The notes: a model not told the origin generated them from the letters alone. 58,233 nt of DNA, filler included, from Dugesia japonica (GCA_001938525.1; 4 parts of 4 records of this genome joined end to end with filler, not necessarily neighbours in it); one strand, 5' to 3'. Positions 23,931-37,129 are shown, counted from the whole stretch's first letter. Made by a program: numbers and translations.

Positions 23931-26900
23931 TGTTGGGCTGAAATAGTCTATTTAATGATATAAACCATTTGGAGTAAAACCGAGAAAAGAATTGAGAATT
24001 GGAAATGTTCGAGAAATGATATTTAAGTCAGAACGAAAAACGAATGAAATAGAATAACAATGAACATCATCAAATCATCAATGAATTACTTGGTAAATAA
24101 TAAAAAGAAATATTATTAAACGAACTTACAAATTGAAACCGAAATTAGAAAACGAGCAGTGATATAAGAATTCCGAATAAAACAGATGCTCATACAAAGA
24201 ATAAAGTTGTAATTAGAACATCGATGCTCTAAGAAATATTTATTAAAACCAATAAATAATTAATTAAAATGATTGTAAGAAAATGGTAATTCGGTAATAA
24301 TAAGAATAAATGCCACCAGACAAATCGACACTTAAAGATAAAAAAGTGAACATGCAGAAATGATTAATGTTAGTGGAATCAAATAAATTAAAGACGAACA
24401 AATTGTTAAAATAAAATGATAAAAGAAGAATTAAATAAAAGACGAATAAATACTAAAATAAAATGTCGAAGAAAAGTGAATAAATAATAATGCTCAAAAA
24501 AATAATATCAATTGAGTTAAAGCTCAGAAATCACACCGATAGTGGTCAGATATAAAAGAGTTTAAATTAAATAATGATTGATCGAAATGAAGGATTGAAA
24601 GAAATGTTAAATGGAAAAGAACATATATTATTATTTACAATTTATTTAATTGTTATACAAGTAGAAATATAAAGAAATAGTTATTATAATATTATAAAGT
24701 AATTAAGTTAAGAAAGTAGAATTAAAACTAAAGTATTATACTAAAAGATTTTAATAAAATTGAAACGAACAGTTAGAAAAGAGTATGAAATAAATTGCTA
24801 TCATTATTATAATGTCAAAATATTAATATTATTAAAATAATGTAGTTAGGAAAAATCAGATTATTATAATAACGTATTTAAATAATTTAAATGAAATATT
24901 ATTATCTTGTAATTATTAATTTCATTATTATTAATTAAATATTATTATTTGTAAAGAAGGAACCAGAATTTTGAGAAGAAAGTTATATGTAATGAAAAGT
25001 GATAAAAGTTAAACGAGAATTAAATATTCGTAGTAAATTATGTAAATTTATTATGGAAATATCGGTAATTATATCTGAAATACAGAGTTTCCAAAATTAT
25101 TATTTTAAGCGATAAATATTATTAAAAATATTATTATTTGATAAATATATTTAAATTTGATGAAAGAAATAGAGATTGTAATAAAAATTATATGAGAAGA
25201 AAGAGGAGTTAATTTTATGTAAAAATTAATTAAGAGTATTTGATAATTTATATTTATCCATGTAGTTATTTGTATTTATAAATCGTTGACAAGTTTCAAA
25301 AATTATTATTTTTAACCAAAAATATTATTTTTTGGTTCGTGCAGGTTTATTGCTGGTAAATTTAATGATGCCGTGCAGGTATAAACAAGTGTTTATCGTT
25401 GCAATTTTTTGTAGAAATTGCTTTTCTTTAAGTCAGGTGAGCACAGNNNNNNNNNNNNNNNNNAGCATTAACTACACAAATTATAGAATTCTTTATGTGT
25501 AGGGTGAGCACCGCAAATGTGAACAAATCTACAAAAATCTATGATGCCGAGTGAGCACCAGTAATCATATGGAATCACTAACAAAGCATGAACACCGATA
25601 TGAAAAAATAAGTATGACTAAATATAGTCATCTATATAGAATCTGCGAGTAAGCACCGCGCGATTCTGTAAATATTGAAGCCGACACCCACCCACCTTGT
25701 CAATATATGGTGACAGAAAATGAGTATAAAAGAAATAACAAATTTCACAAAAAACTTACTAATTTCTCTCTTAAAAATTATTATTGATACGCTTATTAAC
25801 TTATCGTTAAAAGTTATAAGTCGTTATATTATTTCAATTTTTCGAAAAGAAATTGTGACAAAGTAATTTTATTAAATTGTTATTATTTATAAAAATATAT
25901 AAACGTAACACTGAGATGGTGGTCCTCATTGACTAGCAACGCTGGCAATGATGATCATCAGGAGTCAGAGATCCGGTGTCGCGAGATCATCCACCAACGA
26001 GAGATTTATAAATATGATGATTATGAGAGATATATGGATATGATAGATGTTAGCAACCGTGAGAGATATGTGATTATGAGAATGGTTAATGATTTAATGA
26101 TTATGAAATATGTTAATGATTCTGAGAGGTAAATGATTACGAAATATGTTAACGACTATGAGCACTAAATGATTATGAGAGATTCTTTGATTATGATACA
26201 GAGATGTTGATGTTGAAAGAGATATATGTTCATGAGTAGAGGCTAATAAATAAGATAACTAAAAGAAATATTAAACGATAGAATGATCATGGTAATGAAG
26301 CTTGGGTTAACATTGTTATATCATTGATGTGTGGTGGTTGAACGTTGTCTAAGCACTAATATAGTTGTGACTACAATGATTGAATCCTCATACCTATTAC
26401 CAATGTATTTATTTATGAAAAATATGAATTTAGTTTTCTGATATCGTTGAGACTTATTATTTCCTTTGTCAAATTATTTTGATGTTGATATCGTTATGTA
26501 ATTATATTAATAATTTTTCATAAATTATTATTACCCTTAGATAATTGATATTTTGTTGCAGTCGACATCAGGAGGGAGATGAGTTTTCCAGCGAAAAAGT
26601 AGTTATGAATTTATGTAGGAAGATTCCAGAAGAAATCGATTGATTATAATATATGATTGAAGTATGACCTATTTAATTCATGAAGGTCCAACTTCTTCTA
26701 CCATGAAGAGTGGTCGATAGTCTTTTGAGGCAGGGTCGATTTGTATTATGAAACTTCAAATTAGAATCTAATTAGGTATTATGTTAATGTTACTTTGGAT
26801 AAATATTTGTTTTATAAATCTATATATAATTTAAACATGGGAATATGTTTCTTTATTTAGATGACTCAGATTATAACAGTGGCAGGAGCAGAAATATCAT

Positions 26901-27668
26901 TATCTGTTACAGAGTAGAGTTTTAATATCACGAGATGCAATGATACACCTGGCGATCTAGATCCATGGTGGGTCACCCAGGACCAGTTATGCGCTAAAAA
27001 TAAAGAAATCAGTTCATTGCGTGCGCCTTTAACACGACAAAAGGAGCGATTTACTCCTGTATGGCAGATATAAAAGACAAATGGTGTTCAATACAAAAGA
27101 AATTAAAGAGCGAAATCATGGAACTACAGCATAAAAACGCACAGCTCCGAGACAAAGTAATTAAACTGAAAGTACGCGATCTCGCTTTGTCACAAACTTG
27201 CCGCACCATGGCGGATATCATTAAGGCGTATGCGGACAGAGAAAGTGTATTGATAGCGACTGTTCGAACATTAACGCAGGCATTGAAACCAGTGTCAGAA
27301 GTAGCCAAAGAAAGTCATCGAATCGGATGAGTTACAAACATTGATTAGAATAAAAGTATGTACAGAATGTATTTTGAATTTTGACTATAACCATAAGTTA
27401 ATAATGATTGATATTGATTTATTTTAAAACAAGAACCGGATAAAATAGAATTAGAAAACACAAGACGGGATACAGCATAGTCTCACTGATTCCGGGAATG
27501 GGGGATCATGTTGCTAGAGAAAGCAATGCAAAATTATGTGGTTACTAAGTATCGTCCCCCAGACAAAAATTATATTTAAGAGAAGAAACAATTAAGACCG
27601 AGAGATTAATAATAAAAATCAAGAAAAAACAAAACTAAAACAACATCAAAAAGCCTAGTAACCCAACA
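23931..27668. mobile_element. 3738-bp TGTTGGGCTGAAA...ACCCAACA insertion, giant solo-LTR-like
   Basis: Perfect 4-bp TSD AATT (23927-23930 and 27669-27672); 7-bp terminal inverted repeat; no transposase or RT motif seen. Confidence 0.8.
27061..27330 (+). CDS. Orphan coiled-coil protein carried by the 3.7-kb element
   Basis: 89-aa ORF followed by AATAAA at 27349; appears homologous to 51121-51354. Confidence 0.55.
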   Translation: MADIKDKWCSIQKKLKSEIMELQHKNAQLRDKVIKLKVRDLALSQTCRTMADIIKAYADRESVLIATVRTLTQALKPVSEVAKESHRIG

Positions 27669-28152
27669 AATTGATAAGATTACATGTTGAATTTGTGACA
27701 GAAATAAGATGTATATCGGGTTTTTAGATTATTTAGAGTATGAAATCCTGTACTAAGTAGAATGTAGTAGGCAGAGAAAAACAAATAAGAAACCAATTTT
27801 TCAAACGAGCATAAATATTCTAGTAAACAAAATTGTGAGGCATACATACCTCAGGATTTCCTAAATTTGGATCTAACATAATAAATAAAATTATTTATCA
27901 AAGATTTATTAACTTCTATTAAATGTACAAGCTTTCTAAAAAATGTTACCAAATAAAATTTACAATTTAATAAAATTTAATACAATTACAAAAATTAAAA
28001 AATTCTAAGAATTTCTTACTATTGTTCTTCAACTCTTAATTACCCTAAAAATTACTATTTAAAATTAACACTGTTTTTATATCTTTTTTGGAATATTCAA
28101 ACAACAAAAATTTTCACTTTCATATATTCCTTACAAAAATAGTTGATTGGTA

Positions 28153-28478
28153 CAGTGCAGTCTCGTTAACCCGTTGTCACTGAAGCGCGAGTTATATTTG
28201 TCATTTAACAAATAAGAAGGAAAATGTGCAAAACAATTCAAATACCAATATAACAAAACAATCACTTTTTAATCAATTAGTCTGTAATATTAAATGGTTT
28301 TCTAGAACGGTTTTGAAATTTTTAGCATTCCTGGAACATAGTTCTTGCTTGCAGGACTCGTGTCTGAATGTTCTTTTGTTCATAATAGTCCATGTATGTG
28401 TAAATTCGGGAGCAAGGCAGATCCACGGGTTAAGTAGAACCGTGGATTAACAAGGCACGGGTTAACGGGACTGCACTG
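28153..28478. mobile_element. Tc1/mariner (pogo/Tigger-like) MITE
   Basis: 22-bp TIRs CAGTGCAGTC(T/C)CGTTAACCCGT with TA on both sides. Confidence 0.9.
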
Positions 28479-28826
28479 TATTATTAATTTGGCAACCACA
28501 ACAGTGAAATCACGATTTTCAATAATTATCAATGTAATTATTCTAGTAATTAAAGCTGCTGTTACATTACGGATTTTGTCTAGATATTGCTGTAATAAAT
28601 CCAACAATTTACCATAAGTAAAAATTGTTTTATGATTGATTTGATTCAAAATCTCTAAAATATGAGCATATGAAACCACAAATCCTAATCGAGTTCGAAT
28701 TAAATTTTTAATTTAGACCAACATTTGTAATCTTCAGATATTTGTTTTAATTCATTACAATTAAAATTTATTTTCAAAAGTTTAGAAATTTAATATTTTT
28801 TTGAAAAGTTTTTATTTTAATATAAA

Positions 28827-29181
28827 ATGAAAACCTTGGCTTCTAACACACCGCGTGTAGTATATAGATATATATTACGACAATTGAAAAATCTTCCTGT
28901 AAACAAATATGAATATTATAAGCATTTTGTTAGACAAGTAATAATTTAAGGTATATTGAATATTTGATACTTGAAATATGATATTTATTTTAGCAGTTTA
29001 ATAGCCATTCTGATGAAACTGATACCGAAAGAATAAACGAAATTATATCGAAAGCAATCCAAGATACGGAATGGATTATCCAAAATGTTGAGTTTCTTTA
29101 AATTCATTATTTTGAAAATATTGTTTTCAGCATTCTAAGAGCAGTAAGAGTTCAGAAAATCAGCCAGAATCTTTTAAATAA
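28827..29181 (+). CDS. LYRM9: LYR-motif protein 9-like, 84 aa; exons 28827-28937, 28994-29086, 29131-29181
   Basis: MKTLASNTPRVVYRYILRQLKNLP...YKHFVRQ/QFNSHSDETDTERINEIISKAIQDTEWII matches LYRM9 (LYRYLLR...YKHAVRQ.F..HSDE...ERI..II..AI.D..WI). GT-AG introns of 56 and 44 nt. Confidence 0.88.
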
Positions 29182-29625
29182 AATTTAGGTTACTTAGAAT
29201 TTATAGAAAATGAAAAGTTTAAATAATAGTATTGAAAAAATAGTTTTTATTCTAGAAATTTTTAACTAAATAAATTGTACTTGCGAAGCTTAATGTTTTA
29301 ATTTATAATTGTGTAAAAGATGTGGATTTGGTTAATAACCAATGACATAAAGCTATTGTTTTGAAGAGATTAATGAATGTCAATCTTTATCTTTAATGAT
29401 TTCAGTTTAGATTGAATAATATAATTGTGTAGAAAATTTATACCGGTAAATTAAAATGAGTGTCTGCTCATTGTTCATGTCAACAATTCTCAAGTAATTT
29501 ATAACTCTCCCCTTGTCAACAACTGTTCAATTTTCGGTGACTCATTAGCAATATTTTGTCAAATGTTTACCCTTCTCCCTCCCACAAATTATCTATATTT
29601 TAGCTATTCCCTTTTGTTAATGGGG

Positions 29626-29990
29626 CGTAGCGACGGGCGGGCAGGAACGTAATCATCACAAGCTAGTGACTTGCGTTTACTAGGAATTCCTTGCTCGTGT
29701 GAAATAATTACAATTCACAAACCATGTTACGACAGTTTCACAAGATTGCCCAACTATTTCTACATTGGAACTGCCATTGTAGCGCGCGTGCGGCCCCGGG
29801 CATCACAGACCTGTTATTATTGATTTTTTCATTTAGCTAGACGCTATTTATTCTTAGAAGTTATTCTTTACAAATTAGAATAAATACACTATTTAGCAAG
29901 TTAGATGCTCGTTCGTTATTGGAATTAACCTGACAAATCTCCACCAACTAAGAGCGGTCATGCGTTACCACCCGCCGAATCAAGATAGAG
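29626..29990 (-). pseudogene. Degenerate 18S rRNA 3' fragment
   Basis: The plus strand carries 18S reverse-complement landmarks GTAGCGACGGGCGG, ATTGTAGCGCGCGTGCGGCCC, GGGCATCACAGACCTGTTATT, CTCGTTCGTTATTGGAATTAACC and CCACCAACTAAGA. Confidence 0.9.
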
Positions 29991-30029
29991 TTGTTAAACT
30001 TCCCATTTTGTTGGTATAACTCATCTTGA

Positions 30030-30430
30030 AAATGAATGGCGCTGTATTGTATCGATATCTTGAGTTTACAAACAGTATCGTATAGGAGGGTGCCGTGTAT
30101 GGTAAGAGGCTACTGGAACATGCCCAAGTGTAGAGTTCACAAGTACAGTAGTAGCAATTATTCAAGTGAGATCCTTTAAGACTGAAGTGGAAAAGGGTTC
30201 CATCTTAGCAGTATTGGAACATGGGTTAGTCGGACCTAAGCGATTTGGTAATTCAGTTATCAGAAAGAGGTGATAGACATTAGCAATGGTGTTTATAATT
30301 GACTTTAGTCTTTCGAAGCTGAAGAAAATCAGTTTAATATTTCCGAACTTGAATATGGAAAATTTTGTTGTTTTAGCAACACATGCAATCTCAGAGACGN
30401 NNNNNNNNGTTTTGGGAAGAGTTTTCTTTG
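30030..30430 (+). pseudogene. Degenerate 28S rRNA fragment (around D7)
   Basis: TGAAAATGAATGGCGCT, GTAGTAGCAATTATTCAA, AAGACTGAAGTGGAAAAGGGTTCCAT, CATGGGTTAGTCGGACCTAAG, GGGAAGAGTTTTCTTT. Confidence 0.85.
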
Positions 30431-32159
30431 TATACATAAACAAATCCCTTTCTTGTATTTTATTGATTATTAATTGGTTGTTGGGTAACGCCAACATTGG
30501 ATTTATTTACCAGTTATTTGTGCGTTAAACAATTTGGAATATAAACAGAAAATCTAGATATTCTAAGTTTTTGGCAAATTCTGACGAAAACAATTCACGC
30601 ACTTATTAGTTTCTGATTCTGGAATCCGTCTATTTTAAACCTTTTCCAAATCAAGTAATTTATAAATCGAAGTTATTAATTTAGTACATCTGGGTCTCCG
30701 CAAAGAAATACACATTTAAGAAAATTGCAAAATAATAAACTCAATTTATCCTAGAAAATTTGTGATACTTTCCGTGATACAAAGCTATAAAGTAGAAATG
30801 CGAATTGCAATAAAAACATCCACATTAAGAGATACAGGTGTATACAGAGATGATAATAACATTGGTTATATCAGTGAGTCATATTCAAAATTTACGGCAC
30901 TTCTGTTCAATTCAAACAATTTTACTGGCAACCATTCGATTTTAACTTTAATCTTATATCCAATTAGAGGAATTTTAGTTTATTTATCCGAGAAAGATTT
31001 TTATATATAATGCAGTAGAAGAATAAGAAAGTTCTGTTAATTTATTCAAAAATAGTTTTTTATATTGAATGGAATTAATTTTATTTGTTAAATGATATTA
31101 TATATTCTTACAGTACAAATAACAGAATATATTAACTTGTATTAGTTTTTATATCTTAGATTAACACTAAAATATTTATGCAACTTGCTTATTTATAGTA
31201 ACTTTAAAATCAATTAACAGTCGACTTCGTTTACAACGGATTACTTGGTACCAAAGAAAGATTTAATTAAAAGCGATATCCAGTAAGAGTTAATGACACT
31301 TGAGTTTACAACCAGTTCAATATAAACGATGAAGTTATATCTTTTTACTGTAACAATTGCGTTACTGTACATTAGTGAAAGTTAACATTGACGTTCCCAT
31401 GGATTTTGGATATTATTTTTTCTCAGTCATTGTTCTCACTTTCTTCACTAGGAATAGATACTGTTGGAATTTCAAATAATAATAATAATTGTCCCATATT
31501 CAGTCGTTCTAGTGACTTCCATCCGTACCGAAGTGCACGATCATCGTCTCTATTTCAAGTCCAGCAGTCTGACGTATGACTGTCTTATATTAGATGTTCA
31601 TGATACTGCTCTTTTTACATTAAAATTAGCTAAGACTAAATTCACCAATATAGAAATTTTTAGAAATTTTTTCAAATTCTCCTTTCGTTTTCTGATCATG
31701 ATATTAAAATTCTCATATTTTCATGTTTCTTTTTTCTCCCGCAATATTAATGTTCTCATTTCATTCAGGCACCTTTGTTAGGTTACGTATTTAAGGTCAG
31801 TCAATACATAAATCTTTTCATTCTATAATTTTTGTTTGGCACTTTTATTTTTTCAAAATATTTTGATTTATTTTAATTACGTAAAGAATTAATTACGTTA
31901 GAATTCTTTTTCATTGTTGAATTTTTTATTTCAATTCTTTGCTTTTCTTCTCAATAGGCTGTTTTTTTTACTTGTTTTTATTTATATGCTTCTTATTCTT
32001 CTTTTATATAATGTTCAATATTGGGCTTACTACCTTGACTCATGTCTATTTACTATTTCCAAACAAACTTTGGTTTAAGTTTTTTCTGTTTCTCTGTTTG
32101 ATATTCTCTTTATGGGATCTATAGTTCCTGTGCTACACTAAACTAGGTTTTCATAAATG

Positions 32160-32332
32160 TACGTAAGTAGTTCGATAGGTGCACAACAGCCCAGTTGAGA
32201 AATTTTTTTTAATGACTTCTTTGAAATTTCATTAAATGCGTAGCGACTTCTATGAAACTTCACAAACCTTTCTTGAAATATGTAAAAAAATTCTCAATTG
32301 GCTTAGGGTGCACCTATCCATTTACTTATGTA
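32160..32332. mobile_element. Small palindromic MITE
   Basis: About 50-bp imperfect inverted repeats (TAC.TAAGTA...GATAGGTGCAC...TTGAGAA) with TA ends. Confidence 0.65.
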
Positions 32333-32624
32333 TAATTTTAATATATTTAAATTATTAAACACTTTTTATATAGTAACACATTTGTTTAAAATAACTTTTA
32401 CTAAACGAACTTATGACAAACAGAATTGAAATAGTCGATTTTTAATTAAGATTTTTAATTAAATATTTAAAATTAATTTATTTAAATAATAAGATTTTTT
32501 TTAATAAATTATAAAAATTCAGCAAATTTCTAAAAATAATTAATGGAAAAAATTAAAATATTTAGTAAAACATTTAACTTTTTGTAAATAATAAAAATTT
32601 TTCAGAATTTTGATTAAATTTTCT

Positions 32625-33050
32625 TATTTCTCATTATAACCCCCGTTTACATTGACACACTTTTTCCAGCTATCAACCATTCCATCGATGCCCCTTTCAA
32701 AGAAATTTCGTTTCTTCTGCATAAGGAATTTTGTCACGTTGCCCTTTATATCATTCTTTGAAACAAGCTTATGTCCTTCATATATATTTCTTCAGATGAT
32801 TGAACAACCAGAATTCGCTTCGTGCAAGATCTGGACTGTATGGAGGATGATACAGCAGCAAAAATACAGTCTTTGTTAATGTTTCTTGTTTTCTTGTATG
32901 TGTTAATAGGAGCGTTATCATGGAGCAAATAAAGATTTTAGACAAAAAACTTGGTCCAACTGCATCCAGAAGACGAAGATACCTTTCACAGGTCATATTT
33001 TGTCTAGCCATAATCTCAGCTGTTAAAAATCTCGACATGGATCTGCTACA
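32625..33050 (-). mobile_element. Mariner transposase C-terminal remnant
   Basis: LHDNAP, HPPYSPDLARSEFWLFNHLK, FFERGIDGMVDSWKKCVNVNG. Confidence 0.85.
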
Positions 33051-34649
33051 CACGTATACATAACTTCTAATAATCTCTCATCGGGGATTATTTCTTTTAA
33101 TAATTTAGAATCCGTGGGAGATTATTAGAAGGTATTTTAAAAATATATTAAGTAAATAAATTGACTTATTTAAACTTAAAAAAGGAAAATATACTAATAT
33201 TTTTAATAATTTTATACAATATTTTAGAATTTAACCATTTTAGTTTAGAATTTTGATATAATTAAAAAAAANTTTTTATTTAAATAAATATTTTAAGAGT
33301 AAGAATTATTTGTTTGGTTTCTAAAATTTTTTATTAAAAATGTAGGCGTGGGGGATTTTTAGAAGATTTAGAGTATATATTTTATTTCAAAATTTGCTTT
33401 AGTTGTTCCTACTAAAGTCAATCAACCAACATAATATTAAATTTAATTTTAACTTGTTATTTAATATAAATGTCATTTTCTGTTGGGTATTTTGAGTAAT
33501 GTTTTTTCAGAGTTTGCACGGTGCTTACATATTCACTGATTCCTTTGATCAATTATCAAGTGGGAGAATATTTAGAACTATGTTTTCTATATTTTTAGAA
33601 AGTTTATTGGTAAAAATTATGAAGGAATTCTGACGAATAAACGAAACTACGAGATCATTATTCCTAATTTATACCAAAATATTATTTAGTAGAGTTGCTT
33701 TTTATGTAATAAGACAACAGGTGACCTAGAAATCTTTTTGTTACCTTATAGAAGCCTCAATTGGTGCAAATTTGTAAACAAAAGTTTATGGCGGTGTAAT
33801 GAGGGGATTGAATGCGGAAAAATTCACAGTATTACAGCGAAGCCTCCCTATTCCGCCAAACTTCGGGAATTGCTTAAAATAAATATTTTTGGCGGTATAG
33901 AAGAGTACCGATATGGAGGGGGGCGGTATATAGGGGTAGTGGTATAGAGAGGGTTGACTGTATAATTAATTTAAGTTTAACATTTCACAGATTTTATATT
34001 TGTAAAATTTCATTAGTAAAATTGAATAAAACTATAAAATTGAGAAATAATTTATTATCCATAAAACATTACGAAGCTGTCAATATTGATGATCATTAAT
34101 TAAAATTTGTAACTTCATTAATTTCTGTCTACCTCGCCGTTAAAAATGTTTCATTAAACACTGGCAACTGAATTTATAATATCATTAATAATTATTATTT
34201 CATAAAAACTACAAACACGGTTTTTCAGTTTGTATTTATTTAATTTTTTTTTGAAATTTTATTTCATGAAGAATTTTTAATTATCTCGATAAAATATTAT
34301 CTTTTAATAACATGAATGAAACTTTTNNNNNNNNNNNNNNNNNNNNNNNNNNNNNNNNNNNNNNNNNNNNNNNNNNNNNNNNNNNNNNNNNNNNNNNNNA
34401 TCTTTTATTAATTTCACTACATAATAGTTTTTTCTTTATCAAACCAATTAAAAATATTTTGTATTTTAATTTCTTAATTACTATTTAAAAAATTCCATTT
34501 AATTGTGTAATTAAAATCGGTAAGATTATTAAAAAAATATCATTTTATTTAAAATTTTTTCAAAAAATAGACAATGTATAATTTTTAGAACAGATAATAT
34601 ATTCTTTGCTAAATGTGGAGTTGTTAAATATGAAGGAGAATACTTAATA

Positions 34650-35150
34650 TATTTCTTCAAATAAAAAATATAATAAAATCAAACCAAAAACAAATACAGT
34701 TATAAAATAACTTTTATTAACAACAAATGTAGCCAATCATGCAAAATATAATAAAATAATCCAAACTCAAGCATAATACAAGAATTACATTCAAAACGCA
34801 AGTACCTTTGGGCATNNNNNNNNNNNNNNNNNNNNNNNNNNNNNNNGGTCCCAAATGTATTTGTGATGGTAGAAATTTATACAATAAGAAAAACGTTACT
34901 TTTAAAATATCATTCACCATTTGTAAGGAGACATATATAGGAGAAACATGCAGAACTATTCGAACAAGAATCAAAGAACATCTCAAACAGAAAGAAAGTG
35001 AAGTTTTCAAACACAACACATACATAAAATTTCACCAGAATATCACATAACATGGAAAACACTGAGAACAGGCTACATTTCCGCACTTCACATGAAAATA
35101 CCCGAAGAATTATTAATTAAAGAAGATAATCCTAAAATGAATATAACTTA
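34650..35150 (+). mobile_element. Penelope-like fragment (GIY-YIG)
   Basis: CKETYIGETCRTIRTRIKEHLKQ. Confidence 0.85.
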
Positions 35151-37029
35151 TAATAATTAAAATTAAAAAAATTAATTAAAATGAACTAATTAATATTCAA
35201 TAAAATAAAATAATTCCAAATAATATTTCTATTGTAAAAATAATTATTGAATAAATCAAAAAGTCAATTCTTGACGAAGACAATTTTGAAAATTCGAAAT
35301 ACTATCAAAAACAAAAAAATTTGATCGAAGCTTCTAAGTAGTATCATTGTGATATTGAACGATTGGCTCGGAAATGGTTCTAAGCGCTTAACAATGATGA
35401 ATTGTACTTTGAAGAATGATTATTATATTGTTTTTTTGGATTCTTTGCTACTGAAATTATTGAAAACTCAATCCAGTATTTTTACTATTAGACATTATAA
35501 TATAACAATTCACTACATTTTTTATTTTATTATTAATTCTTTTGTTTTATTATTAATAAACATTTGAATTTTTTAGGAGATTTTTCACAAATAATTTGTT
35601 TAAGACTTAAACTTGAAAATTTTTAAAAATGATTTTCACAACGTATTAAATTATTTTGAAATTGTTTTGACTGGTTTCATCAAATATTATTTTCGATAAA
35701 ATTTTTATTTGATCTAAACTTTTATGAGTAAATAATTTTAGAAAGTCTTTGTTTTGTATTTAGTTATAAGCATGAATATATTTTAGAAAATTAATTGTAC
35801 TCCAATATCATTAAAATGAAAACATCTTGATAACTGATATTTTAATAACAAACTTTGAAAACGTTTTATTCATTTTTCAACTATAATTTTCACAGTAATT
35901 ACTTTTTTTGTTTATTTAATTTAAATTGTAATTATTTCTGTAATTAATATCAAAATATTTAGGTTAATTTTCTAAATAAATTTCAATATTTTAATAATTG
36001 TTATTTTATATTGATAAGGCTATTTGATAGTATTTAAAATAGTTAATAACATTAGATAAAATATGTAAAACTGTAATCTTGATAAAAGAGGTATTTAAAT
36101 CATTCAATTAATTAATTTCAATAGCAAATCCAAAGGACGAATAAAAATCGATTGACAATCTGCCGTTACACCAAACTATAAACGATATAATGTTTGAGTA
36201 ATTTAGCAGTAATAACACAATATAATTAACTTATAAGTTAAAAACTTACATAATAATAGATCAATATTTTGATTTACTAGACCCTAGTAGGCACCGCGAA
36301 ACCAAAAACATATGGAACCACAGGTAAAAACTAACAAATTCAAATAAATACAATAAAGTAATGTAAATATAAAAAAGGCAAACCTTCAAGATGTTTTCGT
36401 GCGTTCTTTATGTGAAAATAATAACGTCATCCACACGATATTAAAATAAAAGTCTCTTAACTATACAAAGAAAGCGATTGGTTTTGACTGCATATGAGGA
36501 AAACCTCTGCATGTTTGCTAAAATAGTCTATGTAAGAATTAGTCTGTGCCTTGTGAAATTTTTAAATTTTAAAGTGTATTAAAATTATACTTAAAATTCT
36601 CAGCATGCTTCAATGTAAAAATTAAATCAAATGTAGCAAGATCTAAATTTTAAATTTAGAAGAAAAATTCAGTAAAATTATTTTAAATTCTAAAAATTTG
36701 TGAACAGAAAATTTATGTAAGACTATATATTAAAATNNNNNNNNNNNNNNNNNNNNNATTTTTTATTTAGAATTAACTTATAAATATTTTCAGTTTCACG
36801 GGCATAAGTTATTTTAATGGAAGTTAATTTGTTTGAATATATTCATCTTTTTAAACTTTCGCCAAAAAAACCAAAATAATTTATGATTAAATATATATTT
36901 ATGAAAACGCGTGATATTCTTAACCAAACTAATAGCCTAAATAGTAATTGACTCAAATCAATGCATACTTTACTATACACACAATGTAAATAGGCTCATA
37001 CGTGACGTTTGTAACTAAACTGAATCACA

Positions 37030-37129
37030 NNNNNNNNNNNNNNNNNNNNNNNNNNNNNNNNNNNNNNNNNNNNTTAATTAATTAANNNNNNNNNNNNNNN
37101 NNNNNNNNNNNNNNNNNNNNNNNNNNNNN
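37030..37129. other. Artificial contig linker
   Basis: N44-TTAATTAATTAA-N44. Confidence 0.95.

Noticed and set aside
25436-25660. Repeat-spacer pattern resembling CRISPR
   Set aside because: The motif is only about 10 bp, spacing is irregular and there are no cas genes.
26561-26760. Possible homologue of ORF 50403-50810 (EW...R.D.Y)
   Set aside because: Too few matching residues and multiple stops to support by eye.
28380-28679. Minus-strand ORF head-to-head with LYRM9
   Set aside because: No recognisable homology or start/splice model, and its 3' part runs into a MITE.
30680-31800. Coding-like segments here and at 37400-37990
   Set aside because: No motif recognised; cannot distinguish a host exon from a decayed repeat.
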